Shown here piece after piece: positions 12,961 to 24,785 of a stretch of 64,000 nucleotides of DNA. Position 1 is the stretch's first letter. Each line of letters opens with the position of its first letter. This DNA comes from Eledone cirrhosa (Eukaryota), in NCBI GenBank assembly GCA_964016885.1, contig OZ024748.1:43958001-44022000 (forward strand). Reading direction: 5' to 3'. Position numbers and translations under genes: made by a program. The notes beneath the pieces were generated by a model, which was given only the letters and a program-made list of their open reading frames with translations, was not told the DNA's origin and searched no databases.

Positions 12961-13620
12961 GTTTTATTTCGCTTCTACTAGCGACTAGTTATTGTTCTAT
13001 TTTCACGTTTCGATCGTTCATTGCGTACTCATTTTTCATTTCAATATATGCCTGTCATCTTTACGAGGTCGATAAAATAAAGTACCAGTAATACACTGAT
13101 TCGATTTAAAAAAATTTCCCCTCCCCAAAAATTGTTGGCTTCGTGCCTAAATCAGAAACCAATGTATGTACGCTTGGGTCCCAAATAACACGGGGTCGGA
13201 ATAGGCGGGTGGAGTGGGGGAATAAGCGAGAGAGGTGGAATAATATAGATATATATAACAAGATGGTGTGGTGTGTGTTGGCAAGCGCATTCAACTATAT
13301 AAATAGTTATATGTATCAACAATTATATCTACATTTAAAACCATTCATTTTGACAAGGAAGAAATTACTATGAATCCATATATATTAAAAATTCTATTCA
13401 AATTGCCACCTATTCAGCTAATGTTAATAAAATTGAGAAAAAGCCATTGAGGTCACGATGGTGATCAGTGCTAAAGAATATCGTTGAATGATTTTGAGGT
13501 GGTAAAATGGTAGTGAGAGGAAAAAGCACAATTTCACTTTCGAAAACACAAATTTGTGTGAGCGTGTGTGTGTGTATGTATATATATATGTGTGTGTGTG
13601 TATGTATATATATATATATA

Positions 13621-14135
13621 GGTAAGTTATTCCGGGTTGAATCGGAGGTAAGCACAGTAAGTAAGGTACTCAATACAAAGCAGAGTATAAAAATTTTAAT
13701 ATAGATGAGATTCTACAGGACTAGAACTGTTTCATTCTTGAGAAATCATCAGGAATCTGACTGTCCAAATAAATGTGGTGGTATTTATATCTTTTCTGGT
13801 GGTGGGAGAGGGTAGGGAATGGGATGGGTGGAGACCATTGGTTGAAAGAAAAGGGAATTCATTAAAAGCTAATTCTTTAAAGCTATAATTTATATTTAGA
13901 GTGACAAAGGCAGAAAGAATTCTATAAACAAGTTCAAATTAGGGTGCCACTCCTTATTTTTAAGTTTCTCTTAAGCCAACAATGCCTACATTTCAGGTGT
14001 CTATAAGATGGTTGGGGGGTCGGTCTTGGTTGATGGGTTTAAAGAAAAGGGAAATTCTTTAAAGCTCTACTTAGAGTGACAAAGGCCAAGAGAATTCTAT
14101 AAACCAGTTCAAAATATTGGGTGCTTCTCCTTTAG
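13621..14135 (-). mobile_element. Penelope-like pLTR fragment containing an HHR
   Basis: Homologous to 29408-29960 and 39200-39670; TATA-like and HHR motifs on the minus strand. Confidence 0.65.
13708..13758 (-). ncRNA. Type I hammerhead ribozyme motif (family A)
   Basis: Minus strand: AGAUUC-CUGAUGA-stem II-GAAA-CAG..CUG-UA-GAAUCU. Confidence 0.75.
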
Positions 14136-14138
14136 GAG

Positions 14139-16232
14139 GTGCCTACTGACTGTAGGTTTCGCTTTGTACTTAGGCAAGGCGGGTCTTCTGTATTACTGCG
14201 TAGCGCCAAAGATCTCGGTTCAGTGACATTGTCTTGTAGAGTTGTGTGTAAGGTCGGAATTTATCAAATCGTCCCAGGTTTTTCTGGGTCTGCCTACTCC
14301 GTGGCTACTGTCTATTTTTATCGCCCTGCACTTTTTTATACAGCTGTCATCTTTCATGCGCATCACGTGACCATACCAACGTAGTCTTCTCTCGAGTAAA
14401 CAGCATCTGATCCCTCTTATTCCTAATTTCTCACTAAGTTCATTTATGCTTCGTCGTTCACGTAGATAACTATTATACATCCAACGGACATGCAAGCTTC
14501 GTTCCTCTCCAGTCTGCGTATATCTTCTGCACACAATGCCCATGTCTCACTGCCATGTAACATTGCTGTTCGTATGCCGGCGTCATACAGTCTGCCTTTC
14601 ATTTTTAGGGAGACACCTTTAGCGGCCAATAGTGGTATAAGCTCTCTGAACTTTTTCCATCCCGTTCTGACTCTAGCTACTGTACTTTCAGAGCACCCTC
14701 CACCACTGCTGATCTTGTCACCCAGGTAACGGAAGGTGTCCACTATTTCTATAGAACCATCTGGGCAATGGAAGGAGCTAGTATCCTCTGGGCACTTGCT
14801 ACTACTTATTGCACCTGAGCACCGGCCACATATAAAATCTATCTTTTTATCTTTTATGCACCCATACTTTGCATTTGGGACATAAAATGGAGTTTTTTCC
14901 TACTCCTTTCCTACACACTGAGCATGCCCATTTCCCAGAGGGGACCAGTGCCCTATTTTCCTTCCTACATAGTAGAACTTTAGTCTTAGATGGGTTAATT
15001 TTAAGGCCTTTTGATTCTAGGCCATGCTTCCATGTTTGAAATTTCTTCTCTAGTTCAGCCATTGATTCAGCTATGAGCGTTAGATCATCTGCGTATAGAA
15101 GTTCCCATGGGCAACCGGTCTTGAACTCCTCTGTTATAGCCTGAAGAGCAATAATAAATAGGAGGGGGCTAAGGACAGCCCTGATGAACACCGACTTTTA
15201 CGCTAAATTCTTCACTATATTCATTGTTAATTCTAACCTTGCTGACTGTTTCTTTATACATGGCTTGTATAGCTCTCACAAGCCATTCATCAACACCTAG
15301 TTTTCTAAGAGCCCACCAGATAATGGAGCGGGGGACTCTGTCAGAGGCTTTCTCCAAGTAAACAAAATCTAAGTATAGGGGTTTACTTTTAGCTAGGTAC
15401 TTCTCCGGTAGTTGTCGTACAAAAGAAAAGAGCGGCTGTGGTACTTACCTGACACAAACCCAAACTGCATTTCATCTAGATCAATTCGCTCTCTGATTAA
15501 TTGCCCTATTACTTTTTCTATGACCTTCATGACCTGGTCGATTAATTTAATGCCTCTATAGTTTCCCGTATCTAGGGCATCTCCTTTACCCTTGTAGCAG
15601 TTAATGATGATGCTGCTATGCCAGTTATTTTGTATGACCCCATTCTGTATGACTTGGTTTACTATCTGGGAGACCATAGTGTGTCCCACCGATCCGGATG
15701 CTTTCAGCATTTCAGCAACTGTCTCCGAAGGCCCAGCTGCTTTGCCTGTCTTCATATCTTTGATTTCCTTACTTATACTACCTTCAACTTACACTGCTGG
15801 TCCCTCTATTGGATCGATTTGGAGCAGACTAACTTTTTCCCACTTATTCTTCTCATTTAGTAGCCTCTCGTAATGACACTTCCAAGCTACCTTCTTATCA
15901 GTATCAATGATGGCAAGCATACCATCATCATTGCGGACACACTTCTCCCCGACAACTATCACGGTTTTCCTTGACACATTGTCTAGCAATCCTGAACACC
16001 TCACGTTTTTGGTCCTTGCGTTGTAGAACATGCATGAACTTTCTTTCATCTGCTTCCTTTCTTGCAAGGTACACTTGTCTCCTGGCCACTTTACAGTGCT
16101 CTATACTTCCCCCATCCCACCATACTTTCCAAGCTTGCTTTTTGGCCTTGATTGACTCCTCCACCTTACTGTTCCACCACCATGTTACTCTCCTCTTGCC
16201 TATAGGTCTGCTCCAACCACAGATTTCATCTG
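14139..16232 (-). mobile_element. Degraded 5'-truncated RTE LINE
   Basis: Frameshifted ORF2 fragments homologous to 30627-32279 ([23 protein letters not shown]). Confidence 0.9.
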
Positions 16233-16238
16233 GCACCT

Positions 16239-16858
16239 TCAGGTCACTGGTTTCGGTAGGAGAGGTAGCCTCAACTTTTTAGCCTGAGGGCAGAAAGCCT
16301 TTAGGTGGGTTCCTTCGCCACAAACGACACACCTAGGCCTTCTACCCTCAACGATTACGGTGAGGTGGCTGCCGTCAGTGAGGTCTATCACCTCTGGAAT
16401 TTCCTCAATGTTATTTTGGTCCGCTTGGATCAGAAGCTCCATCCCAGATCCGGACCAGTTCTCCTGCTTTTCTTTTGTTACCTCAATTATTTTCGTGTTG
16501 GCCTCGATGCCGGCGAGGACGGCAGCCATTAGCCAGGGAATTTTGATGGCAGGTGGAACGTGGGTCACCCTGATCTTCACGAGTGTCTGACCACAATAGC
16601 TTGGGACGAGTGTGAAGTCGTCACCTCTTAATGGGGCCATGGAGTGCTCTCTGGCTTCTTGTGGTGTTCCAAAGAACACGTCCACGGTTCCATATTTCTG
16701 CCCACGTCTGTTGTGGGTTTTTTGCGCCCACACATGTCCTAAAGCTTTTTGTATCTGGGACTCGGATTCCCGTTCCACTCGGCGTGATTTTGTGTTTATC
16801 AGCCGATATGACACGGTGCATAGGCGCCGATGCTCCATTTTATTAGATGGTGGTGGTG

Positions 16859-16889
<31 letters not shown>

Positions 16890-17420
16890 TGATGCTGACA
16901 CTGTACCCATCTTTTTTTACCATTCGCTTGGTTTCATTCAATTCATCCTGGCTTACCTCGATAGTTTCGCTTTTCTTGGCTGCTTTGGCAAACGACACAT
17001 TTTGTTTTGGGTTGGTGTTGGTGTTGTTGTTATTCTCATTGTTGTTGTTGTTGTTATTGTTATTTTTAGTTTCAGTTTTGGTGGTGCTGGTGGTGGTGGT
17101 GGTGTCAGTGGTGTTCGGCGTGGAAGAGTCGATTCTGGTTGAATCCATTTCGATGTCACGAGATAATAATTTATTTTTTGTTTCTGTTGTCGCTGTGGTG
17201 GTGGTGGTGGTATCAGTGGCGTCGGTTGTTCTTTTTGACATTGTGAAGGTGGAGATGGCGGCTTTAACACCTGTAGTTGTTGTTAATGCCGGGAAATCCA
17301 TATCTGTATGCGGCAAATCTAAATAATTGAGACTGCTATTAATTATATTTTCAGTGTTGGCAACCGTGGCATGGTTTACAATGGTCGTGGTGGTGGGATG
17401 TTAGTCTGTTAGAAACAGGA
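16239..17420 (-). pseudogene. gag-like ORF1 (L1/Tx1-type) with CCHC knuckle and Thr/Asn-rich N-terminus
   Basis: ORFs 16843-17316 and 16239-16910; CVVCGEGTHLKAFC knuckle; SFAKAAK motif typical of LINE ORF1 N-terminal regions. Confidence 0.65.
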
Positions 17421-17844
17421 GATTTGTCGTCCATGTTTTTTTTTTCAAAGAAATATTGTTTGATAAATAAAAGGTTTAAATTTTGGGCTCAAGGCCCCAA
17501 TATTATTGAGTGTCCTTTTCAGAAAGCAATATATGTGAACTTATAAACACTTAACAATAAAAGATTTCCATAACTGGCAATTTGAAACAACTGAAAACAA
17601 CAAACCTTTGTGGAGCTCACGATAATACGATTTCCTACATAGATCGCCAATAATACTAATAATAATAATTGTTTCTACTTTTGGCACAAGGCCTGCAATT
17701 ACCCAGTGCTTTATTTTATGGTACTTTATTTTATCGACCACGTAAGGATGAAAGGCAAAGTTAACCTCGGCGGGATTTGAACTCAGAATGGCAAGAGCCG
17801 TAACTCTATGCGTCAAAGTATAATAATAATAATAATGATAATAA

Positions 17845-20570
17845 TGGTTTCTTTAGTGGCCACAAGGGCTAATATGAAGAAAAACATTACAGATGGCACA
17901 GGACGATACAAAGTGGGTGTTGGCCATGTAAAAAGGTTATAAAAGACAGAAACGTGTAAAATAAATTAAAATTCAAACAACAAAAATTCCCCAATTAGGG
18001 GAAAGCCTCCGAGGGTCACTCATAGCGAAAACCACACAAAAGACCACGGCCACCCTGACCACCAGGGCATGCGCCCTCTCTCAGTTTTCCCACTCCTCAG
18101 TTTACAGGCACATACTCAGACCAGATTCGCTACTTTCACCCACCTTTCAACAAACTTACTAGAAGATAGCACTTGCCTTTCCACCCTGATTTTCTTCTTC
18201 AAGTGAAACTTGAAAAAGTTAATCAAGGATTGGCCTGAGAGGAAAGTGTCCGTTTTCAACCCTTTCAACTTTGTCCACCACACAATTTCTTTCGTCATGG
18301 CCACCAGGTAGATGAAGACTGCTTGCCCTTCCTACTCTTTAAAGGAGGATGGCGGGGCTATCTGCACAATGGACTCAGTCGATAACCGGATCCGTCCTAC
18401 ACGCGACAGCAGCTGTTTGACATAGCTCCACAAGTCAGCAATTCTCGGGCACTGAACGAGTGCGTCTAGGACAGTTTCGTCGTCCTGCGCGCATCTCGGA
18501 CAGGCTCGGCTGACAGCACCTCCGTGTCTGTAGAGCTTATCCCGAACCGGCAACGCTCCTCGGTAGCACTGCCAGGCCAGGGATTTCTGGAAATTGTCCA
18601 TAGGTCCTGGGCTACAATTTCTCTTGAAGAGAGCAAACAGCTGATCGTCTTCGACACCCAGGGTCTCCCCGAGAACGTCATCGCTCTTCCCCTCCACTAG
18701 CCCTCTATAGAACGCAAAGGTGGATGTTCCACCGATATCAGTGCCCAGCTGGTAGAGGGCGGAGAGCGCCTGGAGACATTCCAGCTTCCAAGCGCTATCC
18801 CTCGGTCTTTTTCTGATCCAGGACTGCAGCTCCGCCAAGGAGATGAGCTGGGGAAAAGTGTGTCTGGCAAACGGCGACCACACCTGTTCACCGTCAAGGA
18901 AGCGCGCATGTTTACGCATCATTAGCCACGGCATGCTCAGTCCTCCACGCAACGGGTGCTGGCAGCAGATGGATCGTTTGACCATGGGAACACGCCCCTT
19001 CCACAAAAAGCGGAAGAGAAGGCACTCCATTTTGGTCAGAGTTGGACGGGGGGCAAGGCACGATGGTCAGGCGGTAGCAGATGACGGACACGATTTACGC
19101 ATTCGCCACCTCCGCCCGACCTTTCAGAGACAGCCTCCTCTCAGCCCATTTCTGGGTGAGAGAAGCCACCCTGCTCGTCACCTCGCTTTTCTCCATCTGG
19201 AGGTCCGGTCCGAACCAGACCCCGAGCAATTTAACCGGTTCCTCCGTCCAGCGCCCAACGACGCTGTCGGACGGCATGGACTTGCCTCTCCAGGTGCCGA
19301 GTTGCAAGCCTACCGACTTTTCCTGGTTTATCTTTGCCCTTGTCACCGCTTCGTATTCCTTGAGAGCGGGGCCGAGCATCTGGATGTGTTTGGTGCTCGA
19401 CACCATCATGGTGACGTCGTCGGCAGAAGCCGACTCTGATCTTCTGCATCCCAGTTCGCGAGGTACCCCCCTCATCATCTCCAATTTGTGGAGTAATGAC
19501 CCGCGAGCTAGTACGTACAATAGGGACGAGAGGGGACAACCTTGGCGGACCAAGCGCATGATGCTGAACGGCTGCGACAGGTGACCATTCACCCTCACAA
19601 TCGAGCAGATGTCGCTGTGCATCGCAGCAATCCAGCCTCTAAAAATGGGCCCGAAGCCGGCCGGTTCGAGGACCGCAGCCAGGTATCGATGGTCGACCCT
19701 ATCAAATGCTTTAGATTGATCCAAGTTGATCAGAGACCCACCCGTGCCAGGTTCCTTAACCACCCTCAATATGATGTTTCGCATGAGATGGAGGTTGTCG
19801 TGGATGGATCTGTCCGGAATGGCACATGTCTGCACGTCTCCCACCAGATTACCGACGGCAAGCACCAATCTCTTTGCTAACATCTTGGCCAAAATCTTGA
19901 ACTCTGTGTTTAGCAGAGTTATGGGACTGAAGTTGTCTATAACGTCCCCTGTGTTCGGGTCTTTTCTCAGCAGCGCGACCGCTCCCTGGCTCCAAAAATT
20001 GGGAATGCTCCCGTTGTGCTGCCAGTTGCAGTAGACATCTGCCAAGAGGTCGCCGCACAAGTCTAGCATGTGCGCATAAAGCTCGTAGGGTAGACTATCC
20101 AAACCTGGCGATTTACCTCTCGTGCAGCCAGACATCGCTTCCCGTATTTCACCTGCTGTTATCGGCCTTTCACAGCACTGTGCTGAGGTCGCTGAGAGCC
20201 GTGGCAGTCCGTCAAGGTATGCATCAAAGTCCATACTCTGATCCTGTCCGCCGCTGCCCCCGAACCATCAAGCGAAGTGCTGTTGAAAAGCAGCACACAT
20301 CTGCTCGGGTTCGAGCAATATGCGCCCATTTTGATCAGGCAAAGACCGTATTGTGGATTTGTTGCAACGTCGCGCCTCCACCACCCGGGCCCATTGAACG
20401 GCTTTCGTCCCCTCGTGTCTCAGGGCACGCGCTCTAGCTCTGACAACGCATCCTTCCTGCTTTGCGTTGAAGAATTGGTCGAGACCAATCTCGCCGCAGG
20501 CACGTCGGTTGCGATGCCTGATCTAGCTGTCGAAACGACCGGAGCTCAGATGTCGGTGTCTTGACTCTTT
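17845..20570 (-). mobile_element. 5'-truncated, frameshifted Tx1/L1-clade LINE (copy 1)
   Basis: RT motifs KSPGLD, LDQSKAFDRV, RQGCPLS, ADD; C-terminal CPRC..ET..ALVQCP finger; (TTA)n tail. Confidence 0.9.
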
Positions 20571-20692
20571 TCCTATTTATATATATACATATATATGTGT
20601 GTATATATATATATATATATTAATATATATCGTTTCTGAATTTGTTTAGCAAGATTCTTTATCTGAAAACGTGTGTTGAAACCGATATTTTT

Positions 20693-21165
20693 ATACTTTG
20701 GGAGGGTCATGTTACCAATAAGAAACACACGCACCAGTTGCTTTCACTTCAATTTATTATAATAAATTTATAAATTTCCGGTTGGTTGGTTGGTTCCACA
20801 ACCAGATGATTGTTTATATAGTGTCAAATTTCTTTCGTCACACATTCTGTGACCTCTTCAGTGACTGAGGATTCTTTTCTTTGTTTTTGTGCCTCTCCTT
20901 TGTTCTGGTCTCCTTGAGAAACAAGATGGCGTAGGACAGAACAAAGGAGAGGCACAAAAACAAACAAAATAATCCCTAGTCCCTGAAGAGGTCACAGAAT
21001 ATGTGACGAAAGAACTTTGACAATATATAAACAACCATCTGGTTGTGGAACCAACCAACCAACCGGAAATTAATAAATTCCTAAATTTATAAATTTATTA
21101 TAATAAATTGAAGTGAAAGCACTGGTGCGTGTGTTTCTTATTGGCAACATGACCCTCCCAAAGTA
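20693..21165. repeat. Inverted repeat of pLTR-like arms (~220 bp), each with an HHR-like core
   Basis: Arms ~20693-20908 and ~20938-21165; CUGAAGA-G-GUCACA..UGUGAC-GAAA at 20979-21021 (+) and 20823-20865 (-). Confidence 0.8.
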
Positions 21166-21182
21166 TGACAATATTAATATAT

Positions 21183-21916
21183 ATATACGATATTAACAAA
21201 TGGAAACTATATTTATAAAACCATATTTATTTCATTATACATATTTCAAGGATACCAAGTTAAATTATGGTATGCCTTCATCAGACAAAATACAATATAT
21301 ATCAGTTTTACAAATAAGCATTGACGTACTCTTTCAAAATGCGACCATTACTTTTGGAGGACATCAGGATAGTGGTTTGTTTATATTATTTTAGTAAGTC
21401 GTAGTGTTAAGGATAAGTACAAAAGACGGAGAGAGAGAGAGAAAAGCGTGGAGAAAAAACGGAGAGAGAGAGAAAAGCGTGGAGATAAAGGGAGAGATAA
21501 ATAAAGAAAAAGAGGAAAGAAAAGAAGAAAAAAGAAAAAAATAAGAAAACAGAGGAAAGCAACAGAGAGATATCAAACCATCAGACAGAGAGAAAAAACT
21601 CAAGAGAGTTTTTCTCTCTCTCCGTTTTTTCTCCACGCTTTTCTCTCTCTCCGTTTTTTCTCCACCTCTCCGTCTTTTGTACTTATCCTTAACACTACGA
21701 CTTACTAAAATAATATAAACAAACCACTATCCTGATGTCCTCCAAAAGTAATGGTCGCATTTTGAAAGGGTACGTCAATGCTTATTTGTAAAACTGATAT
21801 ATATTGTATTTTGTCTGATGAAGGCATACCATAATTTAACTTGGTATCCTTGAAATATGTATAATGAAATAAATATGGTTTTATAAATATAGTTTCCATT
21901 TGTTAATATCGTATAT
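21183..21916. repeat. Inverted repeat of pLTR arms (~290 bp), each with an HHR
   Basis: Mirror ORFs 21200-21394(+) and 21705-21899(-) are almost identical; HHRs at 21229-21291 (-) and 21808-21870 (+). Confidence 0.9.
21808..21870 (+). ncRNA. Minimal type I hammerhead ribozyme motif (family B)
   Basis: AUUUUGU-CUGAUGA-AGGCAUACCA..UGGUAUCCUU-GAAA-UAUGUA-UA-AUGAAAU, overlapping an AAUAAA. Confidence 0.7.
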
Positions 21917-22119
21917 CTACTCCAAATACTTGTCGACTGCTTTATATCAGTTATAAAAATATTTACTTGTATCCCAACAACTTTAAATAGAACTTTTGCA
22001 TATATATATATATGTTAACCTAATATATCCCTTCCATATACTATACCGATTGCGTTGTTATTTGTTTACCTTTTACATATATATATATATATATATTTTA
22101 CATATATATATACACACAC

Positions 22120-22161
<42 letters not shown>

Positions 22162-22386
22162 GGAAAAATTGAAATTTCATTTCTCACTCTTAGTACGGCT
22201 GATACTTAAATATAAGTATGTATACGTACATACATATATGTATACAGACGAACAGTAGTATGTATATACATACATACATGCACACACATATATACATACA
22301 CACACACACACATATATATATATATAGTAGAATAATCGAGAATCGGAATATCAGCCCACGAAATCACGATAAACAATATCCGCATG

Positions 22387-22421
<35 letters not shown>

Positions 22422-22503
22422 CAATGGAAAAATTGAAATTTCATTATATATATACACACAATGATATTAAATAAATGGAAACTATTTTTATAAAACCATA
22501 TTT

Positions 22504-22562
22504 ATTCTATTATATATATTTCAAGGGTACCAAAATTTTGGTAGGCTATCATCAGATAAAAT
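22504..22562 (-). ncRNA. Minimal type I hammerhead ribozyme motif (family B'), downstream direct repeat
   Basis: Minus strand: AUUUUAU-CUGAUGA-..UACCAAAAUUUUGGUA..-GAAA-UAUAUA-UA-AUAGAAU; near-identical copy at 28651-28709. Confidence 0.6.
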
Positions 22563-22673
22563 ACGAAGTGTGTTTTATAAATTTTGACATAACCACGGAG
22601 AATATACCTTAACGGTTCAAGTTTTCCTTGGATAGTTTTCCTATATATATATACACATATATTTATATATGTG

Positions 22674-23342
22674 GGCATTGGTTAAGTTTAACGTCCTCGA
22701 AATTGAAAGTGGATTTTTTGACAAGTGAACGTGTTTTTTTTTTTTTTACAGTGAAATTTACGATACACTCTTTGTTTATTTACAACAGGTCTCTATAGTG
22801 ATATGGTGTTAATTAGTATTGCGTGTGTAATTATTTTCTCTTATATATATATATGTGTGGGTGTGTATATGTGTGTATATATATGTGTGTCTGTATGTAT
22901 ATATATATGTGTGTTTGTATATATATATGTGTTTGTGTCATCATCATCGTTTAGATGTTTTTACCCAAATCCCTTATCATTCTCTGTCCTTCTTATGACC
23001 CGGCCTTAATTTGTTTATAGTTGGTGCCAACTTTGGCAAGATATTACAAAAACATCTAAACGATGATGATGATGACACAAACACATATATATATACAAAC
23101 ACACATATATATATATATACATACAGACACACATATATATACACACATATACACACCCACACACATATATATAAGAGAAAATAATCGCACACGCAATACT
23201 AATTAACACCATATCACTATAGAGACCTGTTGTAAATAAACAAAGAGTGTATCGTAAATTTCATTGTAAAAAAAAAAAAAAACACATTCACTTGTCAAAA
23301 AATCCACTTTCAATTTCGAGGACGTTAAACTTAACCAATGCC
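22674..23342. repeat. Inverted repeat (~290-bp arms, ~85-bp spacer)
   Basis: GGCATTGGTTAAGTTTAACGTCC... mirrors ...GGACGTTAAACTTAACCAATGCC; no HHR core seen. Confidence 0.85.
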
Positions 23343-23343
23343 A

Positions 23344-23374
<31 letters not shown>

Positions 23375-23392
23375 TGGGTTGGCTGCTGTACT

Positions 23393-23436
<44 letters not shown>

Positions 23437-23567
23437 GTTGGCTGCTGTACTATTGTATATATATATATATATATATAAGTATAAGTATATATACGTACAT
23501 ACATATATGTATACAGACGTACAGTAGTATGTATATACGTACATACATACACGCACATATATACATG

Positions 23568-23605
<38 letters not shown>

Positions 23606-23800
23606 CATACATGCACACAGATATATACGTGCACATATATATATATATACATATATATGTAGATAAATCTACCAAGAGTTTACAGTGAATTAACAGTTTA
23701 CAGTGAATTAACAACCAAACAAGGAACTGGGCATATCAGAGTATTGACAATATCATACACCTAAACAACATATGTACTTGTCTATACCATACTAATTCAA

Positions 23801-23855
23801 ACTGCCTGAAGAGGTCACAGCCAAAGATGGCTGTCACTGAAATATATATAGCAGT
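23801..23855 (+). ncRNA. Minimal type I hammerhead ribozyme motif (family C)
   Basis: ACUGC-CUGAAGA-GGUCACAGCCA..UGGCUGUCACU-GAAA-UAUAUA-UA-GCAGU, immediately followed by AAUAAA. Confidence 0.75.
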
Positions 23856-24224
23856 AATAAACGAAGCTAAATTTTAATCATTTGACTTTTATTTAACTTT
23901 ATTTTATATATATATATATATATAAATTTACCGATAATCGCATTTCGGCGGGTAGAAATTAACGAAACGCAACTTCCAGATTGTGTAGACAAGCGCTCCA
24001 TGGATATGAAGATACCAGAGCTATAAACATAAGTTAAAAAGGTCATACAAACTGAGACGATGGTTAAGAAGCCATAAACCACCAGAGCCAAAAAAGCGAA
24101 CAAGCCTAACGGGTCAAACAAAATAAGATATGATTGAAATAGTTACCCGGACCTCAGGGAAGATGGAATACTCCGAATATATAAATATATAAATATATAT
24201 ATATATAATATATATATAATATAT

Positions 24225-24275
<51 letters not shown>

Positions 24276-24570
24276 GAAAGGTATAGAAAACATTGTAGCA
24301 AGAAGCCAACAGTATTCCATAATATATAAGTGACTATAGCGTCAAAATGGGGAAAATAGTTAACGTAAGATGTCGGAAAAATAGTTCAAACTCATCTCAA
24401 AGAGAATCAGGATATAGATTCATCCACAGAATTTAGTGAAATCCAGGGAAAAATCAATAGAGCCTTAACTCATGATAAAATAAAGTTTAAAATACTCATC
24501 CTTCATTTTGGAAAAACTTCAAATGCTCTGTATAGTCTTTATATATAATATATATATATATATAATATAT

Positions 24571-24613
<43 letters not shown>

Positions 24614-24785
24614 GGTATCTAATAGTAGCTAAAATAATAATAGTTCGACATTTAGAATCAAGGATTATTTGTGCAATGTATAAACATAATAGTAGACAAT
24701 AATTTTCAGTTAAAATTACAAAATAGGGAAGAGTATTTAGAAAATTTAATAAATGTTTATACTTTATACTCGGTTAAATATTCGA

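Noticed and set aside
14139-17420. Single two-ORF element made of gag ORF1 plus RTE ORF2
   Set aside because: The RTE part lacks its endonuclease and starts mid-ORF like other 5'-truncated copies, so a nested insertion is the simpler reading.
18843-20564. Plus-strand ORFs over the Tx1 element (and antisense ORFs over the RTEs)
   Set aside because: Shadow frames of GC-richer retroelement coding sequence with no recognisable motifs.
21200-21899. Pair of 64-aa METIFIKPYLF ORFs
   Set aside because: Mirror images from the inverted pLTR arms, antisense to the HHR; no protein features.
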